DNA of 64,000 nucleotides from Candidatus Poribacteria bacterium (GTDB lineage Bacteria; Poribacteria; WGA-4E; WGA-3G): NCBI GenBank assembly GCA_963665235.2, contig CAXXLX010000001.1, positions 2,656,001 to 2,720,000 of the forward strand, read 5' to 3'. Shown piece by piece: positions 19,748 to 29,972 of this stretch (position 1 is its first letter; each line of letters starts with the position of its first letter). The notes under the pieces were generated by a model. It saw only the letters and a program-made list of their open reading frames with translations, ran no database searches and was not told where the DNA came from. The position numbers and the translations under genes were made by a program.

Positions 19748-19930
19748 CTATAATGCCTTATCTTCTTCTACAGGCTTGAAGACGAGTCCGCAGCTGCTGC
19801 AGCGGTATCCACTTTCCGGTTTGGATTCCACGGCGGGGAACAGCATACCACAGCAGATGGGGCACGGTTCATCAATTTCCATGTCAGCTTGTTCTAATTC
19901 GCCGGAGCGGTTTTCAAATTCAACGCGCAT
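19748..19930 (-). CDS. Small CxxC...CxxC zinc-ribbon protein
   Basis: CPICCG...CSSCG; AGGAG RBS; follows the rhodanese gene. Confidence 0.75.
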   Translation of the reverse strand: MRVEFENRSGELEQADMEIDEPCPICCGMLFPAVESKPESGYRCSSCGLVFKPVEEDKAL

Positions 19931-19933
19931 GTT

Positions 19934-20647
19934 TTAATATCTCCTTAAGGTTGAATCAATTTCGGCTGCCCATCGGTCAATGCCGCCGGTGAGGTTTTTG
20001 ACGTTTCGGAACCCGTTTCGCTGTAGATAGGCGGCAGCGTACAAGCTCCGTTGCCCGTGGTGGCAGTAAACAACGATTTCCTGTTCGGCGGGTTGAAGTT
20101 CGTCCAATCTTTGGGGCAGCGCGTTAAGCGGGATTAAAATCGCGCCTTCAATATGCACGATGTCGTATTCGGTCGGCTCGCGAACATCAAGCAGCAGGAC
20201 CGGGTTTTCATCTAGTTGCTGTTTGAGCTCGCTCGGAGAAATTTCGATTGGGACTTGTGTTGTTTGCATATTTTCCTCGGTTTCATCGGCTGCTAAGGGC
20301 GCGCACGCCGGACAGGGACAGGTTTCGCGCAGCACTTCAAACGGATAGATGCCGGTGTTGTGGCCATCGTTCCAACTGAATTGAAGGGCATACCGCCCGA
20401 CTAGTTGAACGTCAAGCGGTGCGATATCCTCCACGACCTCAATTAGCGTTACATCGCCATCGCCTTGTGGTGAGAAGAGGGAATGGACATCTCTCCCTTG
20501 ATGCCGAATGATGGCGCATTCCGCACACGGACACATCTGTCTGAGATAGTGATACGGATACCAGCTGACATGCCCATCTTTCCATTCAATTTGGAAGGCG
20601 TTGGCATGTTTTTTGAGAAGTTTTGGGCTTTTTTTAACTGTATTCAT
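19934..20647 (-). CDS. DUF971 (GBBH-like N-terminal) plus rhodanese fusion
   Basis: IEWKDGH...LRQMCPCAEC...VGRYALQFSWNDGHNTGIY, then LLDVRE...CHHGQRS...NLTGGIDRW. Confidence 0.85.
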   Translation of the reverse strand: MNTVKKSPKLLKKHANAFQIEWKDGHVSWYPYHYLRQMCPCAECAIIRHQGRDVHSLFSPQGDGDVTLIEVVEDIAPLDVQLVGRYALQFSWNDGHNTGIYPFEVLRETCPCPACAPLAADETEENMQTTQVPIEISPSELKQQLDENPVLLLDVREPTEYDIVHIEGAILIPLNALPQRLDELQPAEQEIVVYCHHGQRSLYAAAYLQRNGFRNVKNLTGGIDRWAAEIDSTLRRY

Positions 20648-20703
20648 TACTCACGTTACCATACTTCATTCGGTGTCTATTTCATCATGTGACCTGTTTT
20701 CTT

Positions 20704-20935
20704 TATTGGCGATTAGCAATTGGCGATTGGCAATTTAGCAAGAGGTTTGTGCTTCTAAGTAGAAAACCGAAATATGCTATCACAGTCAAGCATTCAGTGA
20801 AAGAAAATGTTTTTTCTGACATAATATCCTCTTTATATCTGAAGCGCGTCAGAGTTCTCTTTCTCTTGCTAAAGGTTTCCATAGGTTTCCAACAGCCAGC
20901 GAGGTTTCCAATAGTCAACATTCTATAAACATACC
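20704..20935. repeat. Heptamer (ATTGGCG/ATTAGCA)-flanked dispersed repeat
   Basis: TTGGCGATTAGCAATTGGCG...TCTTGCTAAAGGTTTCCATAGGTTTCCAACAGCC. Confidence 0.75.
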
Positions 20936-20947
20936 ACCCATACTGGA

Positions 20948-21199
20948 CTAAGAAGGAGGAGCAGATACCACTGTTTCTAACCACACGAGGCTCTTTTTAT
21001 CAGAAATCTGGATGTTTTCTGGCAATGAACGTCCTAGCTCTTCATAGAGCTCCATGACTGCCTTAAAAGCGTCTTTGACATTTTCTAATGACTCGTCTAA
21101 CGAATCGCCCTCGGTAACCAACTCAGGCAACAGTGGAGAAGTCACTGTATACCCGCCTTCGGGCTGTGGTGTTAGAACAAGGGGTATTTTGTATTCCAT
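20948..21199 (-). CDS. HicB-family antitoxin (orphan)
   Basis: EGGYTVTSPLLPELVTEGDSLDESLENVKDA. Confidence 0.85.
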   Translation of the reverse strand: MEYKIPLVLTPQPEGGYTVTSPLLPELVTEGDSLDESLENVKDAFKAVMELYEELGRSLPENIQISDKKSLVWLETVVSAPPS

Positions 21200-21217
21200 C
21201 AGAAGCTCCTAAACTTG

Positions 21218-21520
21218 TTAAAAAATGCCGAGTTCGTCTTTTGCGTCCTCGCTCATCAGTTCGGGGGTCCAGCGGGGGGTCCAGACGACCTCGATGTTGA
21301 CTTCGTCGATGCCATCCATCTGTTGCGTGACGAGCTGGGTGCCGTTAATAATCTGTCCGCCAGCGGGACATCCTGGGCTCGTTAAGGTCATCGTAATATC
21401 GACGGTGGTGTCGTTGATGTCAACGCCGTAAATCAGGCCCATGTCAACGATGTTAATACCGATTTCTGGGTCGATAATGTTTTCTTTGATAGTCTCTAAT
21501 ACAGATTCTTCTGATACCAT
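21218..21520 (-). CDS. sufT: DUF59 / SufT Fe-S assembly protein
   Basis: DPEIGINIVDMGLIY, TLTSPGCP, WTPRWTPELMS. Confidence 0.88.
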   Translation of the reverse strand: MVSEESVLETIKENIIDPEIGINIVDMGLIYGVDINDTTVDITMTLTSPGCPAGGQIINGTQLVTQQMDGIDEVNIEVVWTPRWTPELMSEDAKDELGIF

Positions 21521-21545
21521 TTGAATTTCCTCCTATGGAATGCAA

Positions 21546-21761
21546 TTAATTGTTGGTTAGCGCGATAATTGAGACAATGAGTGCCGCAATTGCACAAGTA
21601 GCAATTATCCAATCCTTGAGCATTGAAAAACCTATTTTACGGCCGCGCAATTCAGCAACATCCGTTTCAACGTTCCGAAGTCGTTCATCAATGCCTGCTA
21701 ACGTTGCCTTAATTTCATCAAAACCTTTTCCCATCAGGTCGTATAGTGCCTCTATTGTCAT
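21546..21761 (-). CDS. Small coiled-coil protein with C-terminal TM helix
   Basis: IDERLRNVETDVAELRG, then a hydrophobic tail; own TTGACA/TATAAT promoter at ~21812-21840. Confidence 0.7.
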   Translation of the reverse strand: MTIEALYDLMGKGFDEIKATLAGIDERLRNVETDVAELRGRKIGFSMLKDWIIATCAIAALIVSIIALTNN

Positions 21762-21836
21762 TTTACTTTCCGCCGGCGTTTAAGGGGTTGTTTCGCGCCA
21801 AAGGTGTGGACATTATAGCACCTTTTTTTGCGATTG

Positions 21837-22148
21837 TCAATCAATGCTTACCAAAACATCGTCGTCCTCAATTTTGACAGGAAAACATTCGATGTCTTCG
21901 ACGGCGGGCATACAGAGTGCTTTTCCGGTTTTGATGCAAAATCGTGCGCCGTGTCGTGGGCATTCTATTTCGTCATCGTTAAGGAAGCCTTCGCCAAGCG
22001 GGCCGCCGTCATGTGTGCAAACGTCTTCCATGGCGTAAAATTCGCCTTCTACGTTAAAGAGTAGCACAGGAACGAAATCTACTTCAACCAATTTTTTTGT
22101 GCCGGGGGGGGTTTCGCTAACTTTTGCGACTTTGTAATATTCTGGCAT
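21837..22148 (-). CDS. Rieske-type ferredoxin
   Basis: CTH...CPRHG. Confidence 0.9.
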   Translation of the reverse strand: MPEYYKVAKVSETPPGTKKLVEVDFVPVLLFNVEGEFYAMEDVCTHDGGPLGEGFLNDDEIECPRHGARFCIKTGKALCMPAVEDIECFPVKIEDDDVLVSID

Positions 22149-22200
22149 GATGTTCCTTTCTTAATGTGAGTTTGATAATAAATGTCCGTTTTCCCTAACC

Positions 22201-22333
22201 TCTATAAAGATATCGTCCTTAAAGAGCGGGCTGCTTGCCCGAATACTGGGACTAAGCACCCGGGGGTATCTGCTGTTTCTATAAAGATATCGTCCTTAAA
22301 GAGCGGGCTGCTTGCCCGAATACTGGGACTAAG
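22201..22333. repeat. Two exact 56-bp direct repeats (REP plus mini-element)
   Basis: TCTATAAAGATATCGTCCTTAAAGAGCGGGCTGCTTGCCCGAATACTGGGACTAAG at 22201 and 22278. Confidence 0.9.
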
Positions 22334-22356
22334 AGCCCGGTGGCATCCGCTGTTTC

Positions 22357-22746
22357 TTATTGCTCTTCTTCGCCGGGCCAGCCTTTGATACCGTAGGCAC
22401 CGGCTTTCAGTACCTTGAGTGCTAATAAAGCACATTTTACACGGACTGGACCTAACGGGATACCAACCATGTCCAGAATGTCATCCCTTGAGAGTTTTTT
22501 GACTTCGGTGAGCGTTTTGCCCTCGATCTCTTCGGTTAGCATGGAGGCGGAGGCTTGACTGATGGTGCATCCGTATCCAGAAAACCGCACCGCTGTGATA
22601 ATATCGTCCTCAACAATCAGGTCAATCCGAATTTTGTCTCCGCATAACGGATTATCCTCTTCATGCGAAATATCGGGATTCGGCAACGTGCCGTAGTTGC
22701 TGGGGTTTTCGTAATGGTCAAGCAGCTCCTCTTGATATATGTTCAT
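22357..22746 (-). CDS. sufU: SufU/IscU-like scaffold
   Basis: NPLCGD, GCTISQAS, RVKCALL. Confidence 0.9.
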   Translation of the reverse strand: MNIYQEELLDHYENPSNYGTLPNPDISHEEDNPLCGDKIRIDLIVEDDIITAVRFSGYGCTISQASASMLTEEIEGKTLTEVKKLSRDDILDMVGIPLGPVRVKCALLALKVLKAGAYGIKGWPGEEEQ

Positions 22747-24002
22747 CTTTTTCTCCGAGTCATGAGCTCTCGCGCTTTGCGAAGTCCATCACATAAGCGG
22801 TCTACGTCTTCCAACGTGTTGTATAGGTAAAAACTGGCGCGGACGGTTGCGATAACATCTAATTTTTTCATGAGCGGTTGCGCGCAGTGATGACCTGCAC
22901 GGAGGGCTACATTATGTGTATCCAAAATACCAGCGACATCATGCGGATGGATGCCCTCCATATTAAAGGAGATAACCCCGGCTTTCTGATGCGGTGCCGG
23001 CCCATAAAAGGTAATGCCGTCAATTTCTTGTAGCCTTTGATGTGCGTATTTCAGGAGCTCCTGTTCATGGACATGAATTGAGGCTAACCCCGCTTGTGTA
23101 ATATAATCTACGGCACTTCCAAGTCCAATGGCTTCGGCAATGCTGGGGGTGCCTGCCTCAAATTTTGCAGGGACATCCGCGTAGGTTGATATGTCACGTT
23201 CAACGCTCCGAATCATTGAGCCGCCCCCGAGAAAGGGTGGCATCTCCTCAAGTAGTTCCAATTTGCCGTAAAGTACACCGACACCGGTCGGACCACACAT
23301 CTTATGCCCAGAAAATGCGAGAAAGTCGCAATTGAGCTGCTGCACGTCAACATGAAAGTGCGGGACAGATTGGGCTGCATCCACGACGACCTTTGCACCA
23401 ACGCCATGCGCCGCGTCAATGACAGATTGTATCGGCGTGATTGTGCCGAGTACATTAGAGACGTGCGTTATGGCGACCAGTTTGGTTTTTTCGGAAAACA
23501 GCTCGCTGAGTTGTGTGAAGTCAAGCAAGCCTTCATCGGTTATCTCAAGGTATCGAAGTTTCGCGCCGGTGCGTTGGGCAAGCAGCTGCCACGGCACAAG
23601 ATTGCTGTGGTGTTCAAGGACAGTGAGAACGATTTCATCTCCCTCCCGAATATTCGCGCTGCCCCAGCTGTAGGCGACGAGATTGATGGACTCCGTGGTA
23701 TTCCGCGTGAAGACGATTTGACTCGAACGTTGCGCGTTAATGAGTTTTGCCACTTTCTGCCGTGCCTGTTCGTATTGTGCCGTGGCTTCTTCCGAAATTC
23801 GGTAGATGCCGCGGTGGATATTGGAACGGTAGGTGTCGTAATACGCATCCATCGCCTCAACGACAGGACGCGGTGTTTGTGTTGACGCGGCACTGTCGAG
23901 GAATGCTAACGGGGGCTCGTCCGCGAAGATTGGAAAATCTTGGCGGATGGCTTGAACGTCAAGTGGACGAAAGTCGGAGGTGTGTTTTGTTTTTTGTGTC
24001 AT
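22743..24002 (-). CDS. sufS: Cysteine desulfurase SufS
   Basis: FLDSAAS, EHHSN, FSGHKM, RAGHHCA. Confidence 0.95.
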   Translation of the reverse strand: MTQKTKHTSDFRPLDVQAIRQDFPIFADEPPLAFLDSAASTQTPRPVVEAMDAYYDTYRSNIHRGIYRISEEATAQYEQARQKVAKLINAQRSSQIVFTRNTTESINLVAYSWGSANIREGDEIVLTVLEHHSNLVPWQLLAQRTGAKLRYLEITDEGLLDFTQLSELFSEKTKLVAITHVSNVLGTITPIQSVIDAAHGVGAKVVVDAAQSVPHFHVDVQQLNCDFLAFSGHKMCGPTGVGVLYGKLELLEEMPPFLGGGSMIRSVERDISTYADVPAKFEAGTPSIAEAIGLGSAVDYITQAGLASIHVHEQELLKYAHQRLQEIDGITFYGPAPHQKAGVISFNMEGIHPHDVAGILDTHNVALRAGHHCAQPLMKKLDVIATVRASFYLYNTLEDVDRLCDGLRKARELMTRRKR

Positions 24003-24088
24003 ATTATTATATCCAAACAGATTTAATTATCGTTTTGTCGTAGTCTTTTGTCATCACAACTGCTCCTATCTCAACGCAAGTTGCCACA

Positions 24089-24148
24089 TAGTAGCACAAA
24101 CTTCCTAGTTTGTGGCATAAGGGCGCAAACTAGGAAGTTTACGCTACA
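24089..24148. repeat. Inverted pair of CACAAACTAGGAAGTTTGTG REPs
   Basis: Same unit as the 43256-43472 array; another copy at ~25497-25522. Confidence 0.85.
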
Positions 24149-24240
24149 AAACCCCGGAGCAGCACGATAGTTTTCAATAGAAGCCGGTTCTCGCATGCCG
24201 AAAATCCTGTCCCTAACAACTTGGGTTATCTCATGAGCCG

Positions 24241-24750
24241 CTAAAAAACAGTAATCACCGGGTGATTCGTTTTAGGAATCACCGGCGGATCAATTTTATG
24301 TGTGGCGAACTTGAGGCATGCCACAATATCTTTGGAATTAAGGGCCGGCATTTCCTCAAGAATCTCTTTAAAAGAGAGCCCGCTGGCAAGTAGGTCTAAA
24401 ACATCTGTGACCCGAATCCGCATGCCTCGGATGCAAGGTTTGCCACCACACTGCTCTGGATTGGAGGTAATCCTCAACCTTAAGGTGAAATGGGTGCACG
24501 TTTTTGCCCAATCAGCTCCTTCTGAATAGATGCTGCCAGGTCCAGGCACGAAAAAACTCAGGTTTGTAGACTTTTCTAATTTGTTGCGTATTTTCCCACT
24601 GATTTCAAAATCACGTTCGGTATCAGGGGCGGTTACTTTTACGGACAGCGCATCGTCCTTAGAACGATCTTCATCGTATTCGAGATAATCGTAATCTTTT
24701 AGAATTCGCTTGAGAGTCTCTACGATTTCTGGATTTTCTGATAGTTTCAT
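24241..24750 (-). CDS. DUF433 domain protein with N-terminal extension
   Basis: ITSNPEQCGGKPCIRGMRIRVTDVLDLLASG...DIVACL. Confidence 0.8.
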   Translation of the reverse strand: MKLSENPEIVETLKRILKDYDYLEYDEDRSKDDALSVKVTAPDTERDFEISGKIRNKLEKSTNLSFFVPGPGSIYSEGADWAKTCTHFTLRLRITSNPEQCGGKPCIRGMRIRVTDVLDLLASGLSFKEILEEMPALNSKDIVACLKFATHKIDPPVIPKTNHPVITVF

Positions 24751-24827
24751 GGTATTTTTATCTGAATCGCGGATTTCACGGATTATGTCGGGTTTTGCAA
24801 GCTCAACGCGACATACGACTTTTCTGA

Positions 24828-25136
24828 CTATTGTGTAGCATGTTCATGAAGAATCTCAACGATTTTGCGGGCAATTGGTCGTAGTTTTTCTTCTAACACA
24901 TCGTCATCAATAGTAAAGAATATACCTTTGTCTACATCCAGCGGAAACGCCTTATCCTGTTTTACACCGTTCAGGGCGTAACGAACCCGTACGAAGGGAC
25001 TATATCTACGGCCTTCCCGATAGGGTTCTTCTACACTCAGAAACTCAATTGAATCGGTGCCGGGGACGCGCCCTTCCAAATCTATGGTCTTGAATGTGAG
25101 TTCAAGTTTATTGACATTATCAACTATATGTTTCAT
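24828..25136 (-). CDS. Hypothetical protein (possible immunity/antitoxin)
   Basis: 102-aa ORF directly downstream of the toxin-like ORF. Confidence 0.65.
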   Translation of the reverse strand: MKHIVDNVNKLELTFKTIDLEGRVPGTDSIEFLSVEEPYREGRRYSPFVRVRYALNGVKQDKAFPLDVDKGIFFTIDDDVLEEKLRPIARKIVEILHEHATQ

Positions 25137-25151
25137 GAAAGTGCTTCTTAT

Positions 25152-25409
25152 TTATTGTGAGAGATGCATATCAACATAGACATCAAAACAGTTCACAACA
25201 CAAGTTGCGGGAATAGTTCCATAAGCAAGAATTTCGGCATCTCGTAAGGCTCTAACAAATGTTAGACGTCCAATTGAAATATGTTGAATTAGACGGACAG
25301 TTGTGGGCGCTACTTCTGGTGCCCTTGCTGTAAAACCAATCTCTGTAGGATTGTTATTGTTGAGGGACCAGTAAGTATCAATACCCACTCCTCGGTAGAA
25401 TATCGACAT
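25152..25409 (-). pseudogene. Internally deleted R-S-E ADP-ribosyltransferase-like toxin
   Basis: IFYRG...GF...HI..G and DAEILAYGTIPATCV resemble enterotoxin A / pierisin-like motifs; the central STS segment is missing. Confidence 0.5.
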
Positions 25410-25638
25410 AAACTATCTTTAAGCGTCCTTGCATTAACGCGAGTTTGAAAAAAAGTTTTGACCTAGAGCGTTCTCTGGTAGTTTTAGCAAAAAACGGCAC
25501 AAACTAGGAAGTTTATGCTACAATTATTCCGCTTTTTTCGTGATGAAAAAGGTTTAGAGCAAACGGATATTTATTATCAAGCTCACGTTTGCATTAGTAA
25601 TGGCGAGGCATGAACGCCTCGCCTAGGGTGAAAAACGA

Positions 25639-25980
25639 TTACGCGCCCGGAAAACCAATATTGACAGGAGACGGCCCGTGATCCTCACACGCCTGATCGG
25701 TGGGGACATCCGTTTCGGCACTGTTCGGGACGACAATGCCTTCCTCAAGCAGATATAACTCCACTTCGTCGCCGCTGACATCGGCAAGCATGACATCGTC
25801 GATTTGGACACACGGCTGGTAAGGTTGCCGAGTTTTCTGGACCATTTCACGATAGTTGTTTTCATCATTGATGATATCCCTGTCTTCATATTCCAAACCG
25901 TATTTGGCGAAGATGGCACGGACACCGTTGCTCCAGCCACAGACAGGTTTCATATAAGCGATAATTTTCGGTTGATTCAT
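25639..25980 (-). CDS. Monothiol glutaredoxin-like protein
   Basis: CGWS motif, QPCVQID; located in the suf cluster. Confidence 0.8.
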   Translation of the reverse strand: MNQPKIIAYMKPVCGWSNGVRAIFAKYGLEYEDRDIINDENNYREMVQKTRQPYQPCVQIDDVMLADVSGDEVELYLLEEGIVVPNSAETDVPTDQACEDHGPSPVNIGFPGA

Positions 25981-26035
25981 TGTGTATAACTCCTTCCTTT
26001 TTGGTATATGGTTAATGGCACACCGAGTGTGCTGA

Positions 26036-27397
26036 TTAATTTGATAGTTTACGTGAAATAAATGTTTGTAGCTCTTCCCGGACAGCCTCTAAAGGGATGC
26101 GTTCCATAACGGGTTGAAAAAATCCGTCGACAATCAGTTTTTCGGCTTGTGCGTAGGGTAGTCCGCGGCTCATCAGGTAGAAAACCTGCTCAGGGTCAAT
26201 TTTTCCTGCGGTGGCACCGTGTGTGCAACGGACCTCATGCGCCTGAATCTCTAATCCCGGTAAGGTATCGGCATGTGCGCGTTCGCTAAGCAACAAATTG
26301 TCGTTTTTCTGATACGCATCGGTATAGTTCGCATCCGGATAGACATATATATTTCCACCCCAGGCAGTCTGTGACCTATCTTTCAGGACAGCTCTATATA
26401 GCAGGTCGCTGGAGGTATAGGGTGAAACGTGTTCTTGTGCCGTGCTGACATCCAAGTGCTGCCGCGCGTCGGTGAAAACTAGTCCCAACATTTGTGCGGT
26501 GCACCCTGTTCCCTCTAGAACAATCGCTTGGTTTAGTTTGTTCAATCTCCCGCCAAAAGTGGCTGTAACCCAGCAGAGTTGCGCGTCTTTACTGACGATG
26601 GCTCGGTGTGAGGCGAAATTCCAGACGTGCCGATTGTAGTTTTGCACCTGTACGTAGGTGACGTTGGCGTTCTGTCCGGCGAAAATTTCAACCGCGCCAC
26701 AGTGCAGCCCGCCCGCGTCCTGAGCTGTAGAGGTATTATCCTCAAAAATGACAACCTCGCTGTTTTCTTCAGCGATGATGAGGACATGTGATAAATCAGC
26801 GTGTTGTGCCTCGGCGAGCTTGATATAGACACGCAGGGGCACTTCCACTCTGACACCCTTCGGTACGTATAAGACGTAACCGCCTTGCCAGAATGCCCCA
26901 TGGAGTGCGTCAAACGCGTTCTGGGTGGCGATATTTCCACTTTTTAACGTTGTCTGTAGTGTAACCGCCTTCGTCATGAAGTGGTCACGGATTAATTCTT
27001 CGTGTTCGTTTAGTGCAGTGTGGAGGTCGGCGAAATAGACATCCTGTTTTTCCAACGGTGCAGACACGGTGGTGTGTTGAAGTTGCCCATCTACTTGGAC
27101 GAGCACGCCTGCGGCATCCTCAGTGGCTTCAGGTATGTCAACCGATGTTCCACCGTTAATTTCAGCGGCGGTCTGATAATTCTCAACTGCGAAGCCGCGG
27201 AGATGTCGTCGAGTTCGCCGCCAGTAATCCTGGGTACGCATATCGACGGTACGTCGCCAGACATCGTCTTCGGTAGTGTGCGGCATGGGTGAAGATTGGT
27301 AGAGGGCGTACGCCTCTAAACGTCTTTCGCGCATCCACTGCGGTTCGGTTGCCGCTATTTTTTCAAGAAATTCTTTTGACAAATCGCCTTTTTGCAA
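26036..27397 (-). CDS. sufD: Fe-S cluster assembly protein SufD
   Basis: PGLEIQAHEVRCTHGAT, FYLMSRG; follows sufB. Confidence 0.9.
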   Translation of the reverse strand: MQKGDLSKEFLEKIAATEPQWMRERRLEAYALYQSSPMPHTTEDDVWRRTVDMRTQDYWRRTRRHLRGFAVENYQTAAEINGGTSVDIPEATEDAAGVLVQVDGQLQHTTVSAPLEKQDVYFADLHTALNEHEELIRDHFMTKAVTLQTTLKSGNIATQNAFDALHGAFWQGGYVLYVPKGVRVEVPLRVYIKLAEAQHADLSHVLIIAEENSEVVIFEDNTSTAQDAGGLHCGAVEIFAGQNANVTYVQVQNYNRHVWNFASHRAIVSKDAQLCWVTATFGGRLNKLNQAIVLEGTGCTAQMLGLVFTDARQHLDVSTAQEHVSPYTSSDLLYRAVLKDRSQTAWGGNIYVYPDANYTDAYQKNDNLLLSERAHADTLPGLEIQAHEVRCTHGATAGKIDPEQVFYLMSRGLPYAQAEKLIVDGFFQPVMERIPLEAVREELQTFISRKLSN

Positions 27398-27410
27398 TTT
27401 TTTATCCTTT

Positions 27411-27575
27411 GAAAATCGCGAGCGGAGCTCGCTCCTACAGAATATGGTATCCTATGAAAATCGCGTGCACAGCACGCTCCTACAGAATATGGTATCCTAT
27501 GAAAATCGCGAGCGGAGCTCGCTCCTACAGAATATGGTATCCTATGAAAATCGCGTGCACAGCACGCTCCTACAG
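27411..27575. repeat. Four 45-bp tandem units with alternating REP variants
   Basis: GAAAATCGCG(AGCGGAGCT/TGCACAGCA)CGCTCCTACAGAATATGGTATCCTAT at 27411, 27456, 27501 and 27546. Confidence 0.92.
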
Positions 27576-27612
27576 AAGAGAATCGCGAGGGTTTCCAATA
27601 GCCAATAGCTAT

Positions 27613-29031
27613 TTAACCGACTGAACCTTCCATCTGAAGTTGGATGAGCCGGTTCATTTCGACAGCATATTCCATCGGCAGCTCTTTGACCAACGGTTCA
27701 ATGAATCCGTTGACGATCATCGTGGAGGCTTCCTCTTCTGAAAGCCCACGGCTCATCAGGTAGAAAAGCTGCTCTTCACCGATTTTACTGACCCGCGCCT
27801 CATGCTCAATACTGGTGTCGTTCTCAGCGATTTCAATGACCGGATAGGTGTCCGAACGGGAATCTTTGTCCAGAATAAGGGCATCACAAACGACATGCGA
27901 CTTACACCCTTTCGCACCCTTGGCGACATCGACCCATCCACGGTAGCTGGAACGTCCGCCATCTTTGCTGATGGACTTGGACGTAATCTGTGACGTGGTG
28001 TGCGGTGCGCAATGGTAGACCTTCGCGCCAGCGTCTTGGTGTTGTCCCTTGCTTGCAAATGCGATGGAGAGAATATCCCCGCGCGCGCCCGGTTCCATCA
28101 TATAGACACTCGGGTATTTCATCGTTAACTTACTGCCGAGGTTGCCATCAACCCACTCCATTTGCGCATCTTCGTAAGCCAGTGCGCGCTTGGTGACGAG
28201 ATTATATACGTTGTTTGCCCAATTTTGGATAGTGGTATAGCGAACCCGTGAACCCTTCATGCAGATAATCTCAACGACAGCACTATGTAAGGATTCACTG
28301 CTGTAGGTTGGTGCCGTGCAGCCTTCAACGTAATGCACTTGCGACCCTTCGTCAGCGATGATGAGCGTGCGTTCGAACTGTCCCATGTTTTCGCTGTTGA
28401 TTCGGAAATATGCCTGCAACGGGTATTCAACCTTGACTCCGGGGGGTACATAGACGAAACTGCCGCCGCTCCAGGCCGCACTGTTCAGCGCAGCGAATTG
28501 GTTATCGGCAGAAGGTATAATCGTTCCGAAGTATTTTTTGACGAGGTCCGGATATTCCTTGACAGCCGTATCTGTATCCAGAAAAACGACCCCGATTTTA
28601 TCCAATTCTTCGACGATGTTATGGTACACCACCTCGGAATCGTATTGTGCGCCGACTCCTGCGAGGAATTTCCGTTCAGCTTCAGGGATACCGAGTCGGT
28701 CGAAGGTTTTCTTGATGTCCTCTGGTACATCGTCCCAGCTGCGTTCGCTTCGGTCGGAAGCCTTGACGTAGTAGTATATGTCATCAAAGTCGAGCTGTGA
28801 CAGGTCACCGCCCCATTTGGTCATGGGTTTCTGCTTAAAAATTTCGTAGGCGTTGAGCCTATATTGGCGCATCCACTCGGGTTCACCTTTGATGTCGGAC
28901 ATCTGATTGATGACCTCCTCGTCCAATCCTTTTCGGGATTTGAAGGTGGGTTTAACATCATCGTGGAACCCGTATTGATACTCCTTACTAATTCCGAGTT
29001 CGTCAAGTTGTTGCGTTTCGGGAGTTGCCAT
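27613..29031 (-). CDS. sufB: Fe-S cluster assembly protein SufB
   Basis: [28 protein letters not shown]. Confidence 0.96.
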   Translation of the reverse strand: MATPETQQLDELGISKEYQYGFHDDVKPTFKSRKGLDEEVINQMSDIKGEPEWMRQYRLNAYEIFKQKPMTKWGGDLSQLDFDDIYYYVKASDRSERSWDDVPEDIKKTFDRLGIPEAERKFLAGVGAQYDSEVVYHNIVEELDKIGVVFLDTDTAVKEYPDLVKKYFGTIIPSADNQFAALNSAAWSGGSFVYVPPGVKVEYPLQAYFRINSENMGQFERTLIIADEGSQVHYVEGCTAPTYSSESLHSAVVEIICMKGSRVRYTTIQNWANNVYNLVTKRALAYEDAQMEWVDGNLGSKLTMKYPSVYMMEPGARGDILSIAFASKGQHQDAGAKVYHCAPHTTSQITSKSISKDGGRSSYRGWVDVAKGAKGCKSHVVCDALILDKDSRSDTYPVIEIAENDTSIEHEARVSKIGEEQLFYLMSRGLSEEEASTMIVNGFIEPLVKELPMEYAVEMNRLIQLQMEGSVG

Positions 29032-29126
29032 TATGTTTTGTTCTCCTTTGTTGGTGTAATCGTGGATATCGAAACCCTCATCGGGTTTTTAAAATATCTC
29101 CGCGCATAGTTCAAAACGCGCCTGCT

Positions 29127-29915
29127 TTAAGCGGTTTCAGCGATGCCATGTTTTTCACGTATCGGCTCGTAGCCTTCTGACTCTAACATCTGTGTAAGTT
29201 CCCACCCGCCCGATTCGACAATCTGTCCATCAAGCAGTATATGTACAAACTGCGGACGTATATAGTCCAGCAATCTCGGGTAGTGTGTGATGATTAAGAC
29301 ACCGAGTTCAGGCCCGACCAAGCTGCTGACGCTTTCCCCGACGATACGGACCGCGTCAATATCGAGCCCGGAGTCGGTTTCATCAAGGATAGCGATTTTC
29401 GGTTCAAGCATTGCAAGTTGCAAGATTTCGGCGCGTTTCTTCTCACCGCCAGAAAAACCGTCGTTGAGATACCGCCTTGCGAACGAGTCATCTACACCGA
29501 GTCGTGCCATTTTTTCGCGTAGCTCTTTGCGAAACTCCCGCATCGGTATCAGTTCCGTGTTTTCGGACCCGTTCGTTTGTGCGGAACGGACAGCACTGAC
29601 AGCGATACGTAGAAAATTCGCTAAACTGACCCCCGGAATAGCGGTCGGATATTGAAAAGCAAGGAAAAGTCCTAGTTTCGCGCGTTCATTCGGATCCAAT
29701 TCCAGAATGTCAACGCCACTAAATATCACCTCACCTGAATCAACATCGTATAGGGGGTGTCCCATCAATCCGTTTGCAAGTGTACTTTTTCCTGAACCGT
29801 TTGGCCCCATGAGGGCATGAATCTCGCCCTGTTTGACAGTTAAATTTAATCCTTTGATAATCGGTTTGCCTTGCACGCTGATGTGAAGGTCTTTAATTAC
29901 CAAATCTTTGCTCAT
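29127..29915 (-). CDS. sufC: Fe-S cluster assembly ATPase SufC
   Basis: GPNGSGKST, FLAFQYP, FSGGEKKR, LDETDSGLDIDA. Confidence 0.96.
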   Translation of the reverse strand: MSKDLVIKDLHISVQGKPIIKGLNLTVKQGEIHALMGPNGSGKSTLANGLMGHPLYDVDSGEVIFSGVDILELDPNERAKLGLFLAFQYPTAIPGVSLANFLRIAVSAVRSAQTNGSENTELIPMREFRKELREKMARLGVDDSFARRYLNDGFSGGEKKRAEILQLAMLEPKIAILDETDSGLDIDAVRIVGESVSSLVGPELGVLIITHYPRLLDYIRPQFVHILLDGQIVESGGWELTQMLESEGYEPIREKHGIAETA

Positions 29916-29972
29916 GTTTCGGTTCGGACTCCTTTAAATTAGATGTATATGTGTTGTGTGTATTGCCATTTT

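Noticed and set aside
27411-27575. Possible mini-CRISPR
   Set aside because: The intervening sequences are identical; this is a REP tandem.
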